Part shown: positions 19,035 to 28,152 of the stretch, piece by piece | Layout: every line of letters starts with the position of its first letter | Position numbering within the stretch: position 1 is the first letter of the stretch | Origin: an uncultured virus (IMG/VR IMGVR_UViG_3300037466_004244) | Taxonomy: Duplodnaviria; Heunggongvirae; Uroviricota; Caudoviricetes | IMG/VR virus record: IMGVR_UViG_3300037466_004244 | Length of the DNA: 64,000 nt | Reading direction: 5' to 3' (one strand) | Made by a program: the position numbers and the translations under genes | Notes under the pieces: generated by a model | Seen by the model: the letters and a program-made list of their open reading frames with translations, nothing else | Database searches by the model: none | Told to the model about the DNA's origin: nothing

Positions 19035-20137
19035 GAATCCCCGAGGCCGTCAAGGAGGAGATCCGGGCGCGCGCCGACATCGTGGCCATCGTGGGACGGT
19101 ATGTGGACCTGAAGCGGCGGGGTCGCAACTGGGTCGGGCGGTGTCCCTTCCATACCGACGGCAAGCCCTCGTTCGAGGTCATGCCCGACAAACGGATCTT
19201 CTACTGCTTTCCCTGCGGGGAGGGGGGCGACGTATTCAAGTTCGTGCAGAAGGTTCAGGGCGTCGAGTTCCTCGATGCGGTGCGCTGGCTCGGCAACGAG
19301 TACGGGATTGCGACTGACGGCAGGGCGCTCGCGGTCGCGCGGCAGTTGCCGCCTCCGCCGCCAAAGCCTGAGCCGCCCCCGCCGCCGGACGTGACGCCCT
19401 TCTGGGAGGCGTGCCAGCCTGCGCCGGCGAATCACCCGTTCCTCGTCAGCCGGCGCTACACCCCGAACCCCGAGCTCGTCCGGTTCACGCCGGAGTACCT
19501 CGACCCGTGGCCGGACTGGTGGCCGGGGTGGTGCCGGCGGCCGTGGCGGCTCGTGACACGAGGCTGGGATGTGCAGGGGCGGGCGGTGAACGTCCATGGG
19601 CGCGCGGTCGAGCCACTCGCCCCCGATCAGACGGGGAACACGCGGTGGGGGAAGGGGATCCCGAGCGGGGGGCTGCACTTCTCGAACCTCCGGCCCGTGG
19701 CGGACCTCGTCGTCATCGCGGAGGGGCTCACGGACTGGCTGGCGGGGTGCATGATGTTCCCGAGCGTCGCGGTGAGAGGCGCGACGAACGGGGGCTTCGC
19801 CTCGTTCGCGGACCTCGACATCCCCGATGAGGCGCGGGTCGTCTCCGTCACGGACGAGGACGACACGGGCGACCGCTACCACGCCGAGATCGTCGCGGCG
19901 CTGCCGGGGCGGGAGATCCTCCGGGCGCACCCCGATCGGTTGCGTCCGAGTCCGGGAGAGAAGCGGTATGACCTGTCGGACGCGTGGCGCGACGGGCGGA
20001 CGGCGCACGATCTGCTGGCAACGTGTACGCGGGCGGCCGGTCCGGCCACGCGGCGGCGGTGGCACGACTTCTTTCCGGGTGGGATCGGGGGGTGTGGGTG
20101 CCTCGACTGTACGTCGCGACAGAAGAAGGCTTCCTGA
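19031..20137 (+). CDS. DNA primase (CHC2 zinc finger + TOPRIM-like)
   Basis: CPFHTDGKPSF...YCFPCGEGGDVFKF; IAEGLTD; DEDDTG. Confidence 0.88.
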   Translation: MRIPEAVKEEIRARADIVAIVGRYVDLKRRGRNWVGRCPFHTDGKPSFEVMPDKRIFYCFPCGEGGDVFKFVQKVQGVEFLDAVRWLGNEYGIATDGRALAVARQLPPPPPKPEPPPPPDVTPFWEACQPAPANHPFLVSRRYTPNPELVRFTPEYLDPWPDWWPGWCRRPWRLVTRGWDVQGRAVNVHGRAVEPLAPDQTGNTRWGKGIPSGGLHFSNLRPVADLVVIAEGLTDWLAGCMMFPSVAVRGATNGGFASFADLDIPDEARVVSVTDEDDTGDRYHAEIVAALPGREILRAHPDRLRPSPGEKRYDLSDAWRDGRTAHDLLATCTRAAGPATRRRWHDFFPGGIGGCGCLDCTSRQKKAS

Positions 20138-20300
20138 TGTGGCGACAGACGTTCGCCTGGGTTAGAGTGAGTCGTAAGTGGCGACCGGGTGACAGCGGGC
20201 GCTCGCACAGGATCTACCGCGCTTCGACCCCATGGTGCGGGTCGCCCCGCTCCCCCGTCCGGACCTGTCACCCGGGCGGGGTGAGCCCTGCGGAGTTGGG

Positions 20301-20612
20301 ATGGCTCTGGCCATGAAAGATCTGACTGCGATGGAACAGGCGCCCGACGCATCCCACGTCGCCCCGCTCGTCGCCGAAGTGAGGCGGGTCCGGCATGCCC
20401 GAGCCCGAGACATCGAGGCGATCCTTCCTGCGGGGATGGGGGAACTCGGCTGCGGCTGTTCGTTCGACAAGGTTCTTGCCCAGATGGCGAAGACCATCGG
20501 GGAGAAGGGGATGCGGCGAATCATCGCCGATGTCCGCCGCGCGGAAACCCGCGCATTCAACCGCGAGAAGAAGGAGGCGCTCGATGGGCGCGAATCCGTA
20601 CAGGCACAGTGA
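20301..20612 (+). CDS. Hypothetical protein
   Basis: GGAG RBS; overlaps the helicase start. Confidence 0.6.
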   Translation: MALAMKDLTAMEQAPDASHVAPLVAEVRRVRHARARDIEAILPAGMGELGCGCSFDKVLAQMAKTIGEKGMRRIIADVRRAETRAFNREKKEALDGRESVQAQ

Positions 20613-22182
20613 CAGCCAATCTCCCGATGTCCAGGTCTTCCTCGGCCCTCCCGGCACAGGCAAGACGACCCGCCTGATGCGCGTGCTGGAGGAGGAGCTG
20701 GCCAAGGGGACGCAGCCCGAGCGCATCGGGTTCCACAGCTTCACGGTGGCCGCCGTGACCGAGGCAAAGGACCGCGCCTGTCGGAAGTTCGGGCTCGACC
20801 CCTCGCGCTTCGAGGACGGGTTCCGCACGATCCACAGTCAGGCGTTTCGTCTGATGGGCGGCGGCTCCGTGCTCAACGCCAAGGACATGGCGCTGTTCTG
20901 CGAGCGGTGGGGCTACGGCCTGTCCGAGCAGAAGGGCGACCAGGGGGGCGACGATCCGAACGAACCGCCGCGCAACACCGACGACGACGACCTGCGCGCG
21001 GCGTTCGACTGGTGCCGGGTGCGTCGGGTCTCGCTCGAGGAGGGGCCTCGCACGTTCGAGGGCAACGTCGATCTGCTCCAGCTTCAGACGTTCGTCGAGC
21101 GCTACGTGGGCTTCAAGCGGGAGATGGGGCGGATCGACTTCACGGACATGTTGGAGATCTGCCTGTCCCGCGGTCTCGCCCGCCGCCGTGACGTCCTGAT
21201 CATCGACGAGGCGCAGGACCTGTCGCCGCTCCAGATCGCGCTCGTCAAGGTCTGGATGGCGAAGGCCGACCGGGTGTACATCGCTGGTGACGACGACCAG
21301 GCGATCTACGGGTTCGGCGGCGCGGAGCCCGATTGGCTGATAGCGCTGACCCGCGAGCATCGGACGGAGATCCTCGGGCAGAGCTGGCGCGTGCCGCAGG
21401 CGGCGCACGCCGTGGCGCAGGCCATCATCGCGCGCAACCAGAACCGCGTGGCGAAGGCATACGCTCCGCGGGAGGAGAAGGGCGCGGTCTCGGAGTTGTC
21501 CCGCCACGAAGCCATCGCATCCATCGTCCCGGGCGAGCCCACGTTCGTCCTCGCACGCAACATCCGGACCCTGATGGGTGTGTCGGGCGACCTCTTCCGG
21601 GAGCGTGTGCCCTATCGCTGTGAGCGCAAGGGGATCTGCCCGCTCCGGCGCGAAGCGCTGGTCAAGGCGGTGAACGCCGCGGTCGCCTTCTGGAAGCGGA
21701 GTTCGGTGACCTGGGGCGAGTTCTCTGCGGTCCTGTCGATGGTCCCCGCCGCGCTGCTTGGGCCGCGCGGCACGCTCGCCGACGCCAAGCGCCACGCGAA
21801 GCAGCACCCCGACGCGCCGATGGACTGGCTCCTCCCCAATCTGCGGCGGGCCATGGAGGAACTCGGTGGGCCCGTGGGCGTCCTGATGGGCGAGGCCGAG
21901 CAGGAGACGCGCGACTACCTGCGTGATCTGCTCGGCGACGGCGACCGGCTCCCCGAGCCGCACGTCACCGTGACGACGATCCACGCCAGCAAGGGGCGGG
22001 AGGCGGACCACGTCATCCTCTTCCAGGACTTCAGCGCCAACGAGGCGGGTTCCATGGAGCGCGACCCCGAGCCGGAGACGCGCGTCGCCTACGTCGCCGT
22101 GACGCGCACGAAGAACCGGCTGACGTTCGTGCGTCGTGAGGGGCGGTTCGGCTTCCCGTACCCGGTGTGGGCGGGCGAATGA
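20584..22182 (+). CDS. UvrD/Rep-like SF1 helicase
   Basis: GPPGTGKTT, IIDEAQDL, AGDDDQAIY, QSWR, TIHASKGREAD, YVAVTR. Confidence 0.93.
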   Translation: MGANPYRHSDSQSPDVQVFLGPPGTGKTTRLMRVLEEELAKGTQPERIGFHSFTVAAVTEAKDRACRKFGLDPSRFEDGFRTIHSQAFRLMGGGSVLNAKDMALFCERWGYGLSEQKGDQGGDDPNEPPRNTDDDDLRAAFDWCRVRRVSLEEGPRTFEGNVDLLQLQTFVERYVGFKREMGRIDFTDMLEICLSRGLARRRDVLIIDEAQDLSPLQIALVKVWMAKADRVYIAGDDDQAIYGFGGAEPDWLIALTREHRTEILGQSWRVPQAAHAVAQAIIARNQNRVAKAYAPREEKGAVSELSRHEAIASIVPGEPTFVLARNIRTLMGVSGDLFRERVPYRCERKGICPLRREALVKAVNAAVAFWKRSSVTWGEFSAVLSMVPAALLGPRGTLADAKRHAKQHPDAPMDWLLPNLRRAMEELGGPVGVLMGEAEQETRDYLRDLLGDGDRLPEPHVTVTTIHASKGREADHVILFQDFSANEAGSMERDPEPETRVAYVAVTRTKNRLTFVRREGRFGFPYPVWAGE

Positions 22183-22922
22183 AACGGCTCCGCATCGTCG
22201 ATCCGAACGACCCGCAGGCATGGCGTGCCCAGATGGAGGACGCCGAGGTGGTGCTCGACCCGTACGGCGTCACCGACGTCCGGGTCATCCGAACGGAACC
22301 GCCGCGGTACGAGATCGTGATCGACGAGCGGACCGTTTCGTGCACCCTCGCCGAGCTCGCGACCCCCGCCAAGTTCGCGTTGCGCCACCTCGCTGTGCTC
22401 AATCGCCTGCCGGTACTCCCGGCCGGCAAGGGGGCAGTCGCAAAGTGGCGCGACACGGTCAACGCATGGCTCGCCGACGCGACCGTGATCGAGACCTCGC
22501 CGGACGCTTCGCAGGAGGCGTTCCGGCGATCGGCCGTAGCCGAGGCGATCGAGAACCTCCGACTCGGCAAGGAGAACAGCAAGGCGGACTTCGACCGGGG
22601 TCTCGTGATCTGGCAGGCAGGGCGGGCCCACATCAAGACGCGCCCGCTGCGTACCCGCCTCCGTCCCGAGTTCCCGCAGATGGGCCCCGACGACCTGTGC
22701 GAGGACCTTCGGAAGCTCGGGTGGCAGGAGGGGCACGTCCGCCTCGGGGACGGGGGTCCGACGAAGTCCACGCGCTCGTGGTGTGCCCCCCGCGAGGTCT
22801 TCGCCTCCGCATCGTGGGCCCGGCTCTGTGTCGAGGGCGAGGACGACGCGGACGACGAACCCGAAGCCCCAGTCGCCGACCACGGCTGCGGCCTCGAGGA
22901 CGACGGCGGTCCGATGTGGTAG
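22179..22922 (+). CDS. Replication-associated hypothetical protein (possible origin binder)
   Basis: Last gene of the replication operon, acidic tail, directly upstream of the iteron-rich element; function is inference. Confidence 0.7.
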   Translation: MKRLRIVDPNDPQAWRAQMEDAEVVLDPYGVTDVRVIRTEPPRYEIVIDERTVSCTLAELATPAKFALRHLAVLNRLPVLPAGKGAVAKWRDTVNAWLADATVIETSPDASQEAFRRSAVAEAIENLRLGKENSKADFDRGLVIWQAGRAHIKTRPLRTRLRPEFPQMGPDDLCEDLRKLGWQEGHVRLGDGGPTKSTRSWCAPREVFASASWARLCVEGEDDADDEPEAPVADHGCGLEDDGGPMW

Positions 22923-22982
22923 CGGGCGCTCGCCCGTCCGGATAACCGACGTTCACGCCCCACAGACCGCGGGCGTAAGGCA

Positions 22983-23305
22983 AACGTCGCAACCTGTCTA
23001 CAATGTGGACAAACGCGTCTACAACCGCGCGATGGAGATTCCGCGCCTTCAAGGTACGAGTCTGCACGTCTGCGCTGTCACGCATGCGTAGGGCAATCAT
23101 CGAGGGTTGATTGCCCCCGAATCGTTGTAGACAGGTAGACAGCAAGGGTGAACCTCATCATTTGCCCAAAAAGGCACTTGTACACGTTGTACACAACACG
23201 CGCGAACGCCGAGAAGTCGTGAGCGGTGGTTTTTCACTATCGTACGTACGAGCAAGGGAAAGACCTGTGTACAAGGCTTACGACGGCGGTTTGTTGGTTG
23301 CGATG
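22983..23305 (+). repeat. Non-coding element copy A (323 bp), inverted homolog of 50581-50904
   Basis: 24-bp identical block at 22983-23006, 9-8-9 palindrome at 23091-23116, 14-bp identical block at 23292-23305, TGTA(G/C)AC repeats. Confidence 0.9.
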
Positions 23306-23346
23306 CTCGGCTTACGGGGACGGGATCCCGGGCTGCGCACCGTTTC

Positions 23347-23376
23347 GTGTACACCAAACACCAACCCGGTTATACT
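23347..23376 (+). promoter_or_regulatory. Promoter for the packaging operon, GTGTACAC palindrome over the -35
   Basis: TGTACA(23348-53)-17 nt-TATACT(23371-76), then GGAGG and ATG 23392. Confidence 0.65.
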
Positions 23377-23391
23377 GACGTCGGAGGCCCG

Positions 23392-23580
23392 ATGATCGAC
23401 CTCGTCGAAAGCCCAACCCCCACGCTGCCTCCGGGCTGGACCGCGACCCCCTGCGGCCGCCGCCTGCGCATCGAACGTCCGCTCCGTCTCGGGTCGGGGT
23501 TGCCGTCGGTGTCGTTCCGCGTGGATGATCCTGCGACGGCTGCCGCAGTGGCGGCACGGATCGAGGGGAGGCTGGGATGA
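23392..23580 (+). CDS. Small hypothetical protein
   Basis: GGAGG RBS; 62 aa. Confidence 0.6.
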   Translation: MIDLVESPTPTLPPGWTATPCGRRLRIERPLRLGSGLPSVSFRVDDPATAAAVAARIEGRLG

Positions 23581-23589
23581 CCGAAGTGC

Positions 23590-23760
23590 CGTTTCCAGCG
23601 TGTTTTCGCCACTTCTGCAAAAGTGCCCAAAACAGCTCAAAAAGGGCAATTGGGGGTGTGTGGCCACCCAGGGGGTACCCCGGCGGTGCCAACTTGTCCG
23701 CCTGCGTGCGAGATTGATCTTGAGTTTCAATTTGGGGCCGCTCTCGGCGTTCAACCCATC
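23590..23760. other. Candidate packaging (pac/cos) region
   Basis: Non-coding, directly upstream of the terS candidate; A-tracts phased at 10 bp; GGGGTACCCC palindrome. Confidence 0.5.
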
Positions 23761-23773
23761 GAGTAGCTGAGCG

Positions 23774-24253
23774 ATGCCGCGCAAGTCGTACCTCCACACC
23801 CGCGCCGATGATCTCGAGGAGGAGATCCGCGACTTCGAGCGTCTGGTGAATGAGGCTCGCGGAGCAGGTCAGTTCTCTGCGGCGATTGCGGGTCAAGTCA
23901 AGATCGCCGCAATGCGCAAGCAGCTCGCGGACATCCGGCAGGAGATCGAACTCGCCACGATCCGCGACGAGGTTCGGCGGCTGGAGGCGCTCCGGAGTCG
24001 CGCGGCGGCGGACGGGTCCTACGGTCCGGCAGCCTCTCTCGGCGAGCAGCTGGAGCGTGCGCGTGCGCGGCAGGAGGCCGAGGAGGCCGCGAGGAAGGAG
24101 GCGGCGAAGAAGACGCCCGAACAGATCATCGAGCGCGTTGCCGGGATGATCGTCACGATGCCCGACAGCATGCGTGAGCGCCTCTTCGACCGGATCGCGG
24201 AACTACGCAAGCCGAAGCCCCTGCCGAGTGCACGACCCACGCCGGAGCAGTAG
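23774..24253 (+). CDS. Probable terminase small subunit
   Basis: Helical 159 aa protein abutting terL; positional inference. Confidence 0.6.
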   Translation: MPRKSYLHTRADDLEEEIRDFERLVNEARGAGQFSAAIAGQVKIAAMRKQLADIRQEIELATIRDEVRRLEALRSRAAADGSYGPAASLGEQLERARARQEAEEAARKEAAKKTPEQIIERVAGMIVTMPDSMRERLFDRIAELRKPKPLPSARPTPEQ

Positions 24254-25770
24254 TGGCGGCGTCCGCGGTCGAGATGGCAGCACTGGAGGAACTCGCAGAC
24301 CTCACCGGCGCCCTCGTCGAGTCCGCGACGACGGACCTGTTGCCCTGGATCCGCTGGACGCCGAAGCAGGACGAGTGGCTCCGACTCAACCCGCCGACGG
24401 GCGTCAAGCTCCTGCGTGGCCCGAACCAGGCGATTGGGAAGACGTGGGCCCAGATGCAGGAGGTCAACTGGCGCGCCGAAGGAACGCATCCGCACTACCC
24501 GACTCGCGCACCGCCCGTCGAGATCTGGGTCGTGTGCACGTCGTGGGCCCAGAGCGTCGCGATCCAGCGCAAGTTCTGGACGCTCGCGAACAAGAGCAGC
24601 CTGACGCTCCGGACGCGCGAGCACTACACCAACCGGAACGGCTGGGGCAAGGACAACCCGACCGCCGAGTTCATCAACGGCTCCCTGGTCCGCTTCCGCA
24701 CGACGAACCAGGGCGCCGAGGCGCTGGCGGGCGCGACCATCGACTACGTCGCCATCGACGAGCCCCCGGACGAGGAGGTCTTCCGCGAGCTCCGAAAGCG
24801 TGTCGAGCGGCGCGGCGGGCATGTGGGGATGTCGCTCACGCCGATCAACCGCCCGTGCGGTTGGCTCCGGGAAATGGTGGAGGCTGGCCAGATCGACGAA
24901 GTCCACGCCCGCCTCGAGGCGAAGAACCTGGTCCCCATCGGCAGCACCGAGCCACTCCGCCTCGATGACGGCACTGTCATGGACCAGGAGTGGATCGACT
25001 GGCAGCGCCACATCACGCCCGCCATGTGGGCCCCCGTCATCCTCGACGGCGAGTGGGAAACCCGTCCCGAGGGGGTGTTCTTCAAGTGCTTCGACGCCAA
25101 GAAGCATGGTCTCGGCATGCGGTTCGACCCGACGCGCCGCGACACGAAGACGGGCCAGGTCGTCCCGATTCGTCGCGTCCTCGGCATCGACTACGCGACC
25201 GCCGACCGCCCCTACGGCCACACCGCCGCGCTCTGCGAAGTCCAGCAGTACCGCGATGCAAAAGGCCGGCTTCGCGAAGCGGTCGTCGTCATCGACGAGG
25301 TGGCGGTGGATGGCACCGCGACCGACGAGCAGTTCGTGATCGAGGTGGTCGCGATGCTGGCCCGCCACGATCTCCGCTGGTCCGACCTGTTCGCGGTCCA
25401 CGGCGACAACCCCGCCCGGGGGCGGTTCATCGAGAAGTCGAACCTCAACACCACGAAGGCGCTCGCCCGCGAACTCGGCGTCGCGATCCGCGCCGTCTCG
25501 CCCGCCATCCTCAACGCAAAGGATGACGTCGCCTCCGGCGGCTCGTTCGACACGTCGTGTCAGTGGGTCTACGAACGCGTCGCGGCAGGCTTCTTCCAGG
25601 TGCATCCGCGATGCAAGCTCATCACCAAGGCGTTCGAGACGTGGGATTATTCGAGGATGCATCCGCTCAAGGACGTGCTGGATGCCGTCCGCTACGCACT
25701 CAAGCCGTGGATCTTCCCGGCGAACCGCGCGACGGGGGCGACGGTCGTGTTTCATGGGGCGCGGGGTTGA
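24253..25770 (+). CDS. terL: Terminase large subunit
   Basis: GPNQAIGKT Walker A-like, YVAIDEPP Walker B, SLTP coupling motif, LGIDY nuclease motif, DVLDAVRYA. Confidence 0.9.
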   Translation: MAASAVEMAALEELADLTGALVESATTDLLPWIRWTPKQDEWLRLNPPTGVKLLRGPNQAIGKTWAQMQEVNWRAEGTHPHYPTRAPPVEIWVVCTSWAQSVAIQRKFWTLANKSSLTLRTREHYTNRNGWGKDNPTAEFINGSLVRFRTTNQGAEALAGATIDYVAIDEPPDEEVFRELRKRVERRGGHVGMSLTPINRPCGWLREMVEAGQIDEVHARLEAKNLVPIGSTEPLRLDDGTVMDQEWIDWQRHITPAMWAPVILDGEWETRPEGVFFKCFDAKKHGLGMRFDPTRRDTKTGQVVPIRRVLGIDYATADRPYGHTAALCEVQQYRDAKGRLREAVVVIDEVAVDGTATDEQFVIEVVAMLARHDLRWSDLFAVHGDNPARGRFIEKSNLNTTKALARELGVAIRAVSPAILNAKDDVASGGSFDTSCQWVYERVAAGFFQVHPRCKLITKAFETWDYSRMHPLKDVLDAVRYALKPWIFPANRATGATVVFHGARG

Positions 25771-25794
25771 TTGTGTACACAGCACGGATAGACG
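25767..25794 (+). promoter_or_regulatory. Putative promoter with a TGTGTACACA operator palindrome
   Basis: TTGATT-16 nt-TAGACG; perfect 10-bp palindrome at 25772-25781 just upstream of the Phd/YefM-like gene. Confidence 0.6.
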
Positions 25795-25799
25795 GTATC

Positions 25800-25964
25800 G
25801 TGAGCGACGAGAAGCGAGCGCCGATCCGGGTGTCTGTGCGAGAGTTCCGACGGCGGCTGGCCGAGGTGCTGGACGCTGCGGGCGAGGGGGCCGACGTCTT
25901 TGTTACGCGGCACGGACGGGCGGTGGTGCGGATCGTGAGGGTGGAGGAGGGGAGGGATGGCTGA
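25800..25964 (+). CDS. Orphan Phd/YefM-family antitoxin-like DNA-binding protein
   Basis: VSVREFRRRLAEVLDAAGEGADVFVTRHGRAVVRIV matches the Phd/YefM N-terminal pattern. Confidence 0.82.
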   Translation: MSDEKRAPIRVSVREFRRRLAEVLDAAGEGADVFVTRHGRAVVRIVRVEEGRDG

Positions 25965-26322
25965 CCACGTCCGCGTCGGTGCCGCCAAGATCAGCGAGCA
26001 AATCTCCGCCGCGATGGTGGAGGCGCTCGTCAGGGTGCCCGGAAGCCTGCGAACGCGAGTGGTACTCGACGCCCCTGCGTTCCGTGCATTCCGCGATGAA
26101 CTGGACGCGCTCGGCTACCTCTCGTCGCCGTCGCGCCCGCCGTTCTCGCTGAACGTCGCGCCGGGGCCCGCCCTAACCGAGGAGGTGTTCCGATTCGCGG
26201 ACGCGTGGGTCATGCGTTGCGATTCGGCGCCCCGCTGCTGGCTGGAGGTGCTCGCGCCTGGGACGGACGAGATGCCCGAGCGGCCGCGCCTCATCATCGA
26301 AATGGAGGGCCTGCACCCATGA
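25957..26322 (+). CDS. Hypothetical protein
   Basis: GGAGG RBS; 121 aa. Confidence 0.7.
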   Translation: MADHVRVGAAKISEQISAAMVEALVRVPGSLRTRVVLDAPAFRAFRDELDALGYLSSPSRPPFSLNVAPGPALTEEVFRFADAWVMRCDSAPRCWLEVLAPGTDEMPERPRLIIEMEGLHP

Positions 26323-26762
26323 CCGACCCCCGCCTGGCCACCATCCTCGACAGCCTCGCCCGCGAACCGGCCATGACCCCCGAACAGGCCCTCGCCCTCG
26401 GTAAGCGCGCCGTCGCCAGCCCTCGATGGCGCTGGCCCGACGACGGCATGCTTCCCGGCCTCGTCGCTGGTGGTGACGATCCACGCTACCAGCAGGGACT
26501 TCGGGTGGTTGTCTACGTCGATCACATTCCGTGCGTTCCCGACCTGCGCGACCCGCGTGCGGTTGGGTGGCTGCTCGCACTGGTGAGGGAGGCGTGGCGT
26601 GACCCGTCGCTCGCGCTTGCACCAGTGGACGAGTCCATCCCGGTTCGGTGGTCCTGGGCCGACGACGGGCTTGCCGCGCCGCTCGCCCACCTCCCTGTCG
26701 GATACGACGAGTTCGCATCAGAGGCGGAGGGGCTGGTAGCCGCCTTGGAGGCCGCACCATGA
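26319..26762 (+). CDS. Hypothetical protein, PDLRDP family
   Basis: ATGA overlap; ALALGKRAVA...PDLRDP...LVREAW...EAEGLVAALEAAP. Confidence 0.75.
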   Translation: MTDPRLATILDSLAREPAMTPEQALALGKRAVASPRWRWPDDGMLPGLVAGGDDPRYQQGLRVVVYVDHIPCVPDLRDPRAVGWLLALVREAWRDPSLALAPVDESIPVRWSWADDGLAAPLAHLPVGYDEFASEAEGLVAALEAAP

Positions 26763-27253
26763 CCGACGCCGAAGCCCTCGCCCTCGGGCGCCGCATGTCC
26801 GCTTGCGCTGCGCGTTCGCGCCTCAAGGGGTGGCCGAACGGTCTGCGCTTCCTCGGCACGGATGAGGACGGCAAACCCGACGGTCGCGACGGGATCGTGG
26901 TCCCGGGCGGCTACCTCGAAGATGACCAGGTTCGCGACAACTACGAGCGGCAGTTGTGCGGGCGTGTCGCGGTCAACAACCCGCCCGATCTCCGCGACCC
27001 CGCCACCGCCGGCCTGCTTCCGATGCTGGTGCGGGAGGCGCTCGGAAGCGAGCACATCGTGGCACAGTGGAACGGCTTTCTTGGCCGGACATGGGATCCC
27101 GACGTGGACGACCCGGACAATGATCGCGACGCCGTCGCGCGGGACAACCTGCGCCAATGGCAGATTCGCGAGCAGGTTGCTGGGGGTCGCGTGCTGGGAG
27201 CCGGCGCGACCCGAATCGACGCATGGCTCGCCGCCTGGGAGACCGCCCGATGA
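26759..27253 (+). CDS. Hypothetical protein, PDLRDP family (tandem paralog)
   Basis: ALALGRR...PDLRDPATAGLL..LVREAL. Confidence 0.75.
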   Translation: MTDAEALALGRRMSACAARSRLKGWPNGLRFLGTDEDGKPDGRDGIVVPGGYLEDDQVRDNYERQLCGRVAVNNPPDLRDPATAGLLPMLVREALGSEHIVAQWNGFLGRTWDPDVDDPDNDRDAVARDNLRQWQIREQVAGGRVLGAGATRIDAWLAAWETAR

Positions 27254-28152
27254 ACGACACCCCCTACTTCCCCGACACCATCCGCGTGGACGACGTGACG
27301 GGCTTCCCGACGCTCACCTTCGACGGCGAGCGCTATGGCCTCCCGACGGTCACGGCGCGCCTGACGCCCGAGGCGGCGCGGATGCTCGGGCGGCTGCTGA
27401 CGGCGGTGTGTGATGCGCAGGACGTTCCGGCCGACGCGCCACCGACATGGTCCGAGCAGCCACCCCGCAGGTTCGATGCGGCCTATGTCGGCCCGAGCAC
27501 CAGCGACGTCCTGCGTGTCGAGACCTCAGCGCCGGAGTCGCCGTTCGTGTTCGGCGAGACACCCCCGATCGACGACCCGGCGACTGCGGCGGCGATTCTG
27601 CGGGCGCGTGCGGGGTGGCGCTCGACGGGGCCGACCAGCGTCATCTCCACCGCAGGGGACGATCCGGACGCGGCAGCGCGCCACGCCCAGTGCATGGCCT
27701 CGCTCCGCGAGGTCTATCCATCCCAAGATGGTGGCCCGGAACTCATCTCGGCGGCGGAGATGTTCCACGCAGTCGAGGTCACTGTGTCTGCGGGCCCCCG
27801 GTTCAGCGATCCTCGGGTGATGTTGGTTGACGCGACCGGATGCGTGTTCGTGGGCGAGGGCGCGACCTTGCGCGAGGCGGCGACGGCGCTGCGCCCGGTG
27901 CCTGCCCTCACCTACACCCCGATCGAACCCTCCGAAGCGACAGGCTGGACGCGCACCGAGCCGATGCCCGATCCGCCGCTCCGGGTGACGATCGAGATGG
28001 GTGGCGCGCTCAAGTGGCGCTTCGAGGGCCCCGGCTCGGCCCAACTGGTCGAGGCCGGTGGCGCCGCAGTCGTCGTCGTGACCCCGCGCCGGCCGGACGG
28101 GACGGAGGCGGACCCCGGTGCGGCGTTGGCGCGGGCATCAGGCCCAACGTGA
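27250..28152 (+). CDS. Hypothetical protein
   Basis: ATGA overlap; 300 aa. Confidence 0.7.
   Translation: MNDTPYFPDTIRVDDVTGFPTLTFDGERYGLPTVTARLTPEAARMLGRLLTAVCDAQDVPADAPPTWSEQPPRRFDAAYVGPSTSDVLRVETSAPESPFVFGETPPIDDPATAAAILRARAGWRSTGPTSVISTAGDDPDAAARHAQCMASLREVYPSQDGGPELISAAEMFHAVEVTVSAGPRFSDPRVMLVDATGCVFVGEGATLREAATALRPVPALTYTPIEPSEATGWTRTEPMPDPPLRVTIEMGGALKWRFEGPGSAQLVEAGGAAVVVVTPRRPDGTEADPGAALARASGPT

Noticed and set aside
22983..23360. CRISPR-like or tRNA-like array
   Set aside because: Repeats are 7-9 bp, irregularly spaced and in both orientations; no cloverleaf or T-loop consensus found by eye
23097..23395. Short ORFs in the twin elements that resemble each other in translation (23111-23395 vs 50515-50775)
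   Set aside because: Similarity appears on both strands and follows DNA motif blocks; no RBS; better explained as non-coding conservation
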